64,000 nt of DNA from Patescibacteria group bacterium (GTDB taxonomy: Bacteria > Patescibacteriota > Microgenomatia > UBA8517). The position numbers and the translations under genes were made by a program. The DNA lies in assembly GCA_041742135.1 (NCBI GenBank), contig JBGSJG010000001.1, positions 131,151 through 195,150 of the forward strand, written 5' to 3'. Under the pieces are notes generated by a model. The model did no database searches, had not been told where the DNA came from, and was given only the letters and a program-made list of their open reading frames with translations. Shown here in pieces: positions 56,302 through 63,656 of this stretch. Each line of letters begins with the position of its first letter. Position 1 is the stretch's first letter.

Positions 56302-56339
56302 ACAAAAAAAACACCAGGATAACCCTGGTGTTTTTTTGT
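56302..56339. terminator. Bidirectional intrinsic terminator
   Basis: A8-CACCAGG-ATAAC-CCTGGTG-T7. Confidence 0.85.
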
Positions 56340-56357
56340 TAATGGAATCAGTAGTTG

Positions 56358-56708
56358 TTACGGAGTAACAACGCTACCAATATTAAAATTCTGAATAATA
56401 TTGATTCCAAAAATTGTGCTAATGAGTTGGGCGAGAGCCCAAGCTGAAAACACTACAACCAAACCGATAAGCGCGCTTGTAACCTGATTCCTAGCTGATT
56501 CAGTCTGGCCTTTATCTCCGCCGGACATAATCCACTTTATTCCTCCGAGAATAAGCATAAAGAAGAATACCAATCCTGCTATAACCAAAATACTGTTGAT
56601 TGCCCAAGAAATCATACCACCAACGGTGATATTGGCAATGGGGCCAAAATTAGTTGGCGCGGTTAAATTTATTGTGTCTTGTGCAAATACTGTTGATAAA
56701 AATGGCAT
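56358..56708 (-). CDS. VirB2/TrbC-like pilin (candidate major pilin)
   Basis: GGIKWIMSGGDKGQTESARNQVTSALIGL; strong SD AAAGGAGGTGAA. Confidence 0.85.
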   Translation of the reverse strand: MPFLSTVFAQDTINLTAPTNFGPIANITVGGMISWAINSILVIAGLVFFFMLILGGIKWIMSGGDKGQTESARNQVTSALIGLVVVFSAWALAQLISTIFGINIIQNFNIGSVVTP

Positions 56709-56798
56709 AATTTAAATTCACCTCCTTTTATTGGTTTGCTTTATAAAAAAATAATATTTGTTAAGCAAACCTTAAAATTCAATATACAAAATCTTTCT

Positions 56799-56826
56799 AT
56801 TATAATGGCAAAAAAGTATTTGTCAA
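56799..56826 (-). promoter_or_regulatory. Consensus sigma70 promoter of the 56358-56708 pilin
   Basis: Minus strand TTGACA-N16-TATAAT. Confidence 0.7.
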
Positions 56827-56873
56827 ATTTTCAAGAAAGACTATCTATTTATGAACTAAGATAGGGGAGCATG

Positions 56874-57263
56874 TCAAGGGGTACCAACTGTTGCTAGCGT
56901 TGGTATGTCAATAAGAAGAAGATTTATTCCAAAGACATTCTCAATAAGGGTAAAAACTGCCCAAGCTGCAAAAAGTATTACAAGTCCAATAATTGCGTTA
57001 AGAAGCTTCTGTCTTGCTTCTTCTAGTTTGTTTTTGTCGCCTCCCGAGCCGATCCATGCTACTCCGCCAGTCAGGAACTGGAAGACAAAATAAAGCGAAC
57101 CAACAATTAGAATAATTGTTAACATGACGCTAATTAGCGCGCTTAAATACCCAACTCCTCCTGTTGCACCAGGTCCTAATGTAATGAATCGATTCAAATC
57201 ACCAATCGCTGGGTTTTTTATGTTTTCCCCTGGTATTGGTGCGGCCAGTATTGTGCTGATCAT
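56874..57263 (-). CDS. VirB2/TrbC-like pilin
   Basis: GGVAWIGSGGDKNKLEEARQKLLNAIIGL between two TMs. Confidence 0.85.
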   Translation of the reverse strand: MISTILAAPIPGENIKNPAIGDLNRFITLGPGATGGVGYLSALISVMLTIILIVGSLYFVFQFLTGGVAWIGSGGDKNKLEEARQKLLNAIIGLVILFAAWAVFTLIENVFGINLLLIDIPTLATVGTP

Positions 57264-57264
57264 G

Positions 57265-57624
57265 TTAAGTTAAACTGAAAATAAGTAAAGGAATATTTAA
57301 GAAAGGAATTCCAAGAATGTCGCCTACAATGTCGATTAAAAATATTGCTGATATAACAACAACAACCCCAATCAAACTCGTAGTAAGCTTTCCCTTTGCT
57401 GCAGCAAGGGCGTTTTTGTCCCCACCAGAGCTTATTATTTGAATTGCTGCCAAGAAGAATTGGATAACAAACCATATAAACGCAATGATCGTGATAACAC
57501 CCAGTGCAGTAGATATTACATCACTAAGCTTGTACACGGAACCTGCTCCTGGATTTTGGCCAAGTGTTCCAGGTAGCGTGAAACCTCCAGATGGAGCTAC
57601 GGGTATGTCTGCTAGTCTTGCCAT
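57265..57624 (-). CDS. VirB2/TrbC-like pilin
   Basis: AAIQIISSGGDKNALAAAKGKLTTSLIGV. Confidence 0.82.
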   Translation of the reverse strand: MARLADIPVAPSGGFTLPGTLGQNPGAGSVYKLSDVISTALGVITIIAFIWFVIQFFLAAIQIISSGGDKNALAAAKGKLTTSLIGVVVVISAIFLIDIVGDILGIPFLNIPLLIFSLT

Positions 57625-57972
57625 TTAAGGTGTTGGAATAGATGGGTTGATCAAGAAAGTTGCATCACCAAATATTATTTGGCCAAATATTGCAGCTAGA
57701 ACCAAAGACCCCCCAGCAATCAAAAGCCCAATTACGCTTTGGTATATTTTTGCCCAAGCTGTTTGAACCATTTTAGGGTCATCCCCAGCAGCCAAGAAAC
57801 TGTATCCCGCGAGGATGAAATTAAACAGGGCGTATATGCCCGCAATAACTATCAAAACGTTAAATGCTAACTGAAGCACTGTACCCAAAGCCCCACCTTC
57901 CACAGTCCCAAAATTTTGAGTTGGTTCTGGCTGATTAATGGTACCCCAATTAACTTGTAAAAATTGAAACAT
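57625..57972 (-). CDS. VirB2/TrbC-like pilin
   Basis: AGYSFLAAGDDPKMVQTAWAKIYQSVIGL. Confidence 0.82.
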   Translation of the reverse strand: MFQFLQVNWGTINQPEPTQNFGTVEGGALGTVLQLAFNVLIVIAGIYALFNFILAGYSFLAAGDDPKMVQTAWAKIYQSVIGLLIAGGSLVLAAIFGQIIFGDATFLINPSIPTP

Positions 57973-57975
57973 TTT

Positions 57976-58281
57976 TTAAAAAGGATCGGGAGCAGTCAAG
58001 AAATTCGTCCCACTCCATATCTCTATGATACGTATAACCCAGTAAGCTGTAAAGACCACGACAAATCCTACCAACGCCCAAGTGATAGCCTGCTTGCCGT
58101 TTGCAGCTCCTTTTGCGTCGCCAGAACCAGCGGAAGCGATCATTGAAACTCCACCTAATATAAACAAAAGGACCATTATAATTCCGGAAACAACAATAGC
58201 GGCTGTTACTAAATTACCTATAAAATCACCCACAGAAACAGATCGTCCGAGAGGAGAATTGAAAGTACTGCCTAAATCCAT
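57976..58281 (-). CDS. VirB2/TrbC-like pilin
   Basis: GGVSMIASAGSGDAKGAANGKQAITWALVGF. Confidence 0.82.
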   Translation of the reverse strand: MDLGSTFNSPLGRSVSVGDFIGNLVTAAIVVSGIIMVLLFILGGVSMIASAGSGDAKGAANGKQAITWALVGFVVVFTAYWVIRIIEIWSGTNFLTAPDPF

Positions 58282-58322
58282 ATTTTGTATATCAAAACTG
58301 ACCCCCCTGCTTAGAGGGTTCT

Positions 58323-58664
58323 CTATAAAAAGGTCCCTCTAAACCCAGGGACACCCAAGAGCAATCCAACAATTTGAACAATCCAGTATGCGCAAAAAAT
58401 AATTACAAATCCTATTAGGGCTTGGGTAAGGCGTGCTTTGGCGCTCTCGAGCGCCTTAGGGTCGCCCTTTGAAGTCATCATTGAAAGGCCAGCGGAAATG
58501 AAAAAGAAAAGAAAGGCTGCTCCAGCGACAAAAAAAATAATATTCATTATCCCCCAATTGAAAAGCCGACCGATTGTGGCGGAACCTGCGAATCTGTAAT
58601 CACTCCCAAGGGCACCTTCAAGTTCTCCATAGTTCGGTAATTGTGCGAGTACAGCATTGAACAT
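58323..58664 (-). CDS. VirB2/TrbC-like pilin
   Basis: AGLSMMTSKGDPKALESAKARLTQALIGF. Confidence 0.84.
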   Translation of the reverse strand: MFNAVLAQLPNYGELEGALGSDYRFAGSATIGRLFNWGIMNIIFFVAGAAFLFFFISAGLSMMTSKGDPKALESAKARLTQALIGFVIIFCAYWIVQIVGLLLGVPGFRGTFL

Positions 58665-58688
58665 AGTTATATTTTACTATTTATCGTC

Positions 58689-60218
58689 TTAGCTAAACAA
58701 GCCTAAGATGTTTACTCCTACAAATCTTAGCAAAAAGACAGAGAGAACTATCATTAAGAGGCCTCCGATGGATGAAAAAAACAATGCTTTTGAGTTTTCC
58801 AGTTTTTTTGGATCTCCACTTGAAGTGGCAAACATGAAGCCCGCCACAGCAATCAAAAATAGGGCAATGCCTCCGCCCACTGACAATCCCCATTGGATGA
58901 AAAATCTTGTAGTGCTTTGGACTAACTGCAAGGGAATACAGCCGATGGCTGTGTCTATGCCAAGCTCAGTGCCGTCTGAGCACAAAGGATTATTCTGTGC
59001 TGGAACTCCACCTAGCTGTCTGCATAAACCAGAAGTAGGGCAACAAAAGAGCGCTCCGTCGATATCGACCGTGTCTCCTGCTCGATCGCACAGTATTCCT
59101 CCAGCGTTTTCGCAAAATACTTCAGTCGCTCCTTCTGGGGCTTGGATACACTGAGTCGACAGTGAGCAAGTGCCGCCGTTACAGTGTCCAGAAAGGCATT
59201 GGGAATCATCAGTGCATGATCCTCCGAGACCAATTTCTCCACCACCACACCAACAGTAAGTTAGGCCAGGTGTCGCTTGAACTTCCGGTGATCCTTCGTC
59301 GCAATAATATGCGCCACCATCATTCTGGCAGCATGATTGCCCGTATGAGCCGCACCCCGCTGTGTTCCCTGTGACACAACTGCCTCGTAGCCCCGCCGCA
59401 ATTGGTAGCCCAGTTGCACTTGTGGGGTGAATCCAGCACTGACGCAAGCCAAAAAGATCGCAGTCGCTTTGGATAATGTTGTCGAGGCAGGCTTCTTCTT
59501 CAAAAGTTAGGGTGCTACATTGGCCACCTCGATTGCTACAATTAAATACTACGGGCTCAGTTTCGTTTGGAGTGCAAACTCCTGGTAGATCTACATAGCT
59601 TCCAGGAAACTCAGCACACCATTCGGAGGCAGTCATTGACCCGTTGCATCTAAGATCTTCTGTACTACTGCAAGATTGGTTGTTTAAGCAACCATCACCT
59701 TCTAGTCCACCTGTGCGAGGTATGCATTTAAACTGGATGCACTGAAAGGCTGGGTCGCAAAGACTATCTATATCGCAAGCGTCACAAATCAAACCGCCTT
59801 CGACTGGGCTAACTCTTACAAAAACTGCGTCGATGGCTGTACAGAGATTTGTATAGAAAGGGCCTCCATCCCACCTGCGCAAAACGATCGTATTGCCTAT
59901 TGTTCCTTCAACAAAGAGGGAATTGCCATTGTTGTCATTTAATATGGACAACTGGACAGTTCCTCCTGTTTTGACAATATTACCTACGTCAATCCATCTG
60001 TCTGTTCGAGGAGACCAAATGTGATACCTCGTGTTGTCTGCGCTGGGATCATTGGGTGCGTTATTTATTGTGATGTTTACAGATTCGCCAGGATTTACTG
60101 TTGGCGTATTAACTACGATTGCACAACCGGATTGCGCTGAAGCGGTCCGGGGAGCAAGGGCCGCAGTATTTACAAAAAGGCCAAGTCCAAGTAGTAGCAA
60201 AACTAACTTTTTTTTCAT
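58689..60218 (-). CDS. Pilin with large Cys-rich N-terminal extracellular head (509 aa)
   Basis: Signal peptide, about 36 Cys, DTAIGCIP hinge, C-terminal TSSGDPKKLENSK pilin domain. Confidence 0.82.
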   Translation of the reverse strand: MKKKLVLLLLGLGLFVNTAALAPRTASAQSGCAIVVNTPTVNPGESVNITINNAPNDPSADNTRYHIWSPRTDRWIDVGNIVKTGGTVQLSILNDNNGNSLFVEGTIGNTIVLRRWDGGPFYTNLCTAIDAVFVRVSPVEGGLICDACDIDSLCDPAFQCIQFKCIPRTGGLEGDGCLNNQSCSSTEDLRCNGSMTASEWCAEFPGSYVDLPGVCTPNETEPVVFNCSNRGGQCSTLTFEEEACLDNIIQSDCDLFGLRQCWIHPTSATGLPIAAGLRGSCVTGNTAGCGSYGQSCCQNDGGAYYCDEGSPEVQATPGLTYCWCGGGEIGLGGSCTDDSQCLSGHCNGGTCSLSTQCIQAPEGATEVFCENAGGILCDRAGDTVDIDGALFCCPTSGLCRQLGGVPAQNNPLCSDGTELGIDTAIGCIPLQLVQSTTRFFIQWGLSVGGGIALFLIAVAGFMFATSSGDPKKLENSKALFFSSIGGLLMIVLSVFLLRFVGVNILGLFS

Positions 60219-60219
60219 G

Positions 60220-60990
60220 CTAGAAAAAACCTAACAAATTTACACCAATAAATCTTAATAGGTAAACAGATAGCACTACCATAATCAGGCCGCCGATCGC
60301 CGATAGCAGTAATTCTTGGCCGCCTTGCAAACGCCTCGGGTCACCTTGGGAAGTTGTTATTCTAAAGGCTGCAAAGCCAATAAGAAGAAGGGCAATTCCG
60401 CCTGCTATGCCAATTGCCCATGTAAGAAAAAACTTCGTCATTTCAGGTACGTTGTTTAGTGGTATACAGCCGATCGCCGTGTTGACCCAACCTTCGCCTT
60501 CCTCGCAACCTTGAGATACCAATTCTGAAGCGGGGATTACGGTTCCATCACCTGGGGTGCCGTCATCGGCCGGAGGTATGGTGGTTGTTGGTACGCACGA
60601 AAATATGGAAGTTGAACTGCAAGTAGTAGCAGTAAGGCTTTGACACCCACCCCCCGGCTGATATCCAGATGCGCAGTTGCTGACTGTATTACAGACCCTG
60701 CCTACTGGGTCCCAATTGCAGGTGTATTTATTTATTAACCCGGCTGGTGCAGTACAAGGGAAACTAGCAGAGTTGCATACAGCGGTACCTTGACTGGTAA
60801 GAGAAATACATAGACTAGGATTCGTGCTTTCTCCAAGTGATTCGTCACAGGATTCGCTTCCTACTCCACATGCGCCAAAAGTGTTTTCCCATGCACATGA
60901 GAAAAAATTTGAAGATGCTTGAGCTTTCACATCAGTTGTGAAGAAAAAAAACAGAAACACTGGAAATAGTAAAAACAAAACCCTTTTCAT
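60220..60990 (-). CDS. Pilin with Cys-rich N-terminal head (256 aa)
   Basis: Signal peptide, two 6-Cys modules, NTAIGCIP hinge, TSQGDPRRLQGGQ pilin domain. Confidence 0.82.
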   Translation of the reverse strand: MKRVLFLLFPVFLFFFFTTDVKAQASSNFFSCAWENTFGACGVGSESCDESLGESTNPSLCISLTSQGTAVCNSASFPCTAPAGLINKYTCNWDPVGRVCNTVSNCASGYQPGGGCQSLTATTCSSTSIFSCVPTTTIPPADDGTPGDGTVIPASELVSQGCEEGEGWVNTAIGCIPLNNVPEMTKFFLTWAIGIAGGIALLLIGFAAFRITTSQGDPRRLQGGQELLLSAIGGLIMVVLSVYLLRFIGVNLLGFF

Positions 60991-61009
60991 ACTTCAAGTT
61001 TAGCACAAG

Positions 61010-61918
61010 CTAAAACAAGTTAAGAAGTTCTTCGGAAACGAAACGGATAATAAAAATAGACAGAAGGATCATTATAAGCCCTGCTATGGCCGATGATAAT
61101 GTGTCTCGTGCATCCTGAAGCCTTTTTGGGTCGCCCTTGGTTGTCATTATTTTTACAGCTGAAATTGAAATTAAAAATAATGCAATTCCACCTGCGACTC
61201 CCAGACTCCACCTAATCATAAACTGCGTGAACGATTCGACGCTCTGAAAAGGAACGCAGCCGATTGCTGTGTCAATCCAGCCAATACCTTCAATACATTC
61301 ACCCGCCACTTTGGCGGCAGTATGAGTTGCTGTTATGCAGCAGGTTGGTTGGCTGTCTGGGCAGTAAGCAAAAATAATTTCCTCGTCAGGAGCACATGAA
61401 CTTCTACAATTACCGCCGGCAGTGGGGCAGTCTGCTGGAGCTGCAGCCTCACACTGACTTGAGCACTGGTACTCATTGATATATGGCGGGTCCACGCCCC
61501 CTACGCATTCGACCAAGGGTGTGTCTGGGTCAAGATCGCATTCGATACAGGTTCTACTTTGGCAGAAATAACCCAAGCTTCCCGTTGGGGGTGGCATTTC
61601 GAGACAAGCTTGGATAATTGGAGCATTTCCGCATTCTGCAAAAGAGTAGTCTTCACACATTGAATCCAAAAGCAGGTCGTCGATGGGAGGAGGGTCCCCT
61701 GTAGGTGTCCACCCAGGGCGGCACAGCTCTGCTGAGGTATATATACCGCGGGTGGTGTGTGCACACCTTCCTAGCTCATCGCTCCAGGCACAAACCCAAC
61801 AACCACTTTCTTCAAAACCACTACCACATTCTTCAGGTCCAGCTTGAGCGTTTTTGGCTCCCAAGAAGGTAGACAAAAACAAGAGAAAGACAATGAATGC
61901 CAGCCTTATAAACTTCAC
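61010..61918 (-). CDS. Pilin with Cys-rich N-terminal head (302 aa)
   Basis: Signal peptide, Cys modules, DTAIGCVP hinge, TTKGDPKRLQDAR pilin domain. Confidence 0.82.
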   Translation of the reverse strand: MKFIRLAFIVFLLFLSTFLGAKNAQAGPEECGSGFEESGCWVCAWSDELGRCAHTTRGIYTSAELCRPGWTPTGDPPPIDDLLLDSMCEDYSFAECGNAPIIQACLEMPPPTGSLGYFCQSRTCIECDLDPDTPLVECVGGVDPPYINEYQCSSQCEAAAPADCPTAGGNCRSSCAPDEEIIFAYCPDSQPTCCITATHTAAKVAGECIEGIGWIDTAIGCVPFQSVESFTQFMIRWSLGVAGGIALFLISISAVKIMTTKGDPKRLQDARDTLSSAIAGLIMILLSIFIIRFVSEELLNLF

Positions 61919-61968
61919 AACTTAGTATAACCCAAAACATCACTTTGTTCAGATTGGTATAATGAATC

Positions 61969-63648
61969 ATGAAGTTGCCGCGCGTGCTTACTGCCTTTGT
62001 AATATTTGTCTTTTTGTCGCATCTTTTTAATCTGGTTTATGCGGCTAATTGTCCCTCAACTGACTACGACTGCCAGATTGCCGAAATTCAAAAAGAAATC
62101 GATGCCCTTTCTCCCGCACACGAAAACAACAAACAGGAATTATCTGATTTACAAAAACAGTTTGTGTCGCTCAAGGCGAGGATCTCGCAGATTTCAAATG
62201 AACTAATTAATGTTGCAAGCAGAATCGAAGATCGGGAAGAAGACCTTGCTTACACAAAAGAGGTTTTTGAAGAGAAAGCAGACAGTCACTATAGATTTAT
62301 CCGTACTTACGACCCAATCCTGCCTTTTATTTCATCGGAGGATGCTTCAAGTGCTCTAATTGAGGTCGGTCTTCGCTCCCGTGCCGCAGATGGTGACCGC
62401 CAGACAATGGAGGGCTACGCCACAGAGCTTATTAAGCTTAAAGAAGATCAAGACAATCTGACCAAAAACAAGCAAAGCTTGGCTAACGCACAAGCAAGTG
62501 TGGATAGCCGCGCCAAATTTTTGGAAGGGGAAATCGGTAAAGTAGAGGATTATATCCAGAGCTTATCGAGCCGACAAGAAGAACTATTAGCACTTAAGGC
62601 AGGAGGCTTTTCAACTTCCATTGGAGACACGCCTGCAACTCTTGAGCCTTGTAGCGGTCCTCCGGGAAGTGCCAATTTTTGCGATCCTGGTTTCAGGCCG
62701 GCTTTTGCCGCCTTTTCTTTTGGAGCTCCACACCGAACTGGCATGAGCCAATACGGTGCACTAGGTCGCTCGAAATCTGGGCAATCTGCGGAGACAATTT
62801 TGTCTGCATATTATCAAGGAGCAGAGCTGACCAAAGGGTTTGGTGTTCCTGACACTATTGGCGTTACGGGGATTGGCCGTGTTTCGTTTGAAGAAAATTA
62901 CTTGATGGGTATTTACGAAGTGCCGGAAAAGTGGGGAGACGAAGGCGGGTTTGAGGCCCTAAAAGCTCAGGCTGTGGCTGCTCGTAGCTATGCCTTGTCA
63001 GTAACCAATAACGGCGCGGGAACTATTTGCCCCACTGAATCTTGCCAGGTTTACAAGCCACAGCTCAAAACTGGTAAGTGGGCAGAAGCTGTACGTGCTA
63101 CTAGAGGATGGGTGATTACCCGTGGAGGCCAGCCTGTGTCGACATATTACTCAGCCTCTACTGGTGGATTTACAATTTCACAGTGGGGTTGGAGCGGAAT
63201 TAAAGACACATCTGGAGATTGGCCGGGGACTGCATACGAGAAAATTGGTGGAAGCCCTTGGTTTTATAAGGGCTGGTACAAAAGTCGGGCAGGTAACAGT
63301 TGTGGTAGAGGTAATCCCTGGCTTTCTTCAGAAGACATGGCAGATATCTTAAATGCTTGGAAGGTTTTATATCAAGGTGGTGGAGATGTGGGGCGTGTAT
63401 CGCCCGTGGGTGAGTGTTGGGGAGGAAACCCCTATCCTAAGGGTGAGCTTGCAAACATTGGGGGGTACACTAGCGTGAGCTCTGTCTCGGTTGTGTATTC
63501 AAATTCGGGTTCTACTCAGTCGGTGAGCTTTTCCACCAACAAAGGGTCGGTAGGAATTTCAGGAGAGGAACTTAAGCGCGCTTTCAATCTCCGTGCACCG
63601 GGATATGTAGGCATCAAGTCTTCGCTTTTTAATATAGAAAAGATATAA
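61969..63648 (+). CDS. Secreted coiled-coil + SpoIID/LytB-domain peptidoglycan hydrolase
   Basis: Signal peptide, ~190-aa coiled coil, HRTGMSQYGA, EALKAQAVAARSYA, CQVY, YYSASTGG. Confidence 0.85.
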   Translation: MKLPRVLTAFVIFVFLSHLFNLVYAANCPSTDYDCQIAEIQKEIDALSPAHENNKQELSDLQKQFVSLKARISQISNELINVASRIEDREEDLAYTKEVFEEKADSHYRFIRTYDPILPFISSEDASSALIEVGLRSRAADGDRQTMEGYATELIKLKEDQDNLTKNKQSLANAQASVDSRAKFLEGEIGKVEDYIQSLSSRQEELLALKAGGFSTSIGDTPATLEPCSGPPGSANFCDPGFRPAFAAFSFGAPHRTGMSQYGALGRSKSGQSAETILSAYYQGAELTKGFGVPDTIGVTGIGRVSFEENYLMGIYEVPEKWGDEGGFEALKAQAVAARSYALSVTNNGAGTICPTESCQVYKPQLKTGKWAEAVRATRGWVITRGGQPVSTYYSASTGGFTISQWGWSGIKDTSGDWPGTAYEKIGGSPWFYKGWYKSRAGNSCGRGNPWLSSEDMADILNAWKVLYQGGGDVGRVSPVGECWGGNPYPKGELANIGGYTSVSSVSVVYSNSGSTQSVSFSTNKGSVGISGEELKRAFNLRAPGYVGIKSSLFNIEKI

Positions 63649-63656
63649 TTGCTCAA

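Noticed and set aside
40346-61918. Integrative conjugative element or prophage
   Set aside because: No integrase, relaxase, terminal direct repeats or phage structural genes seen. The locus abuts dnaN and uses the same promoter style as core genes.
56358-61918. Diversity-generating retroelement or shufflon acting on pilins
   Set aside because: No reverse transcriptase or invertase, no near-identical TR/VR pair, and all pilins are co-oriented and highly diverged at DNA level.
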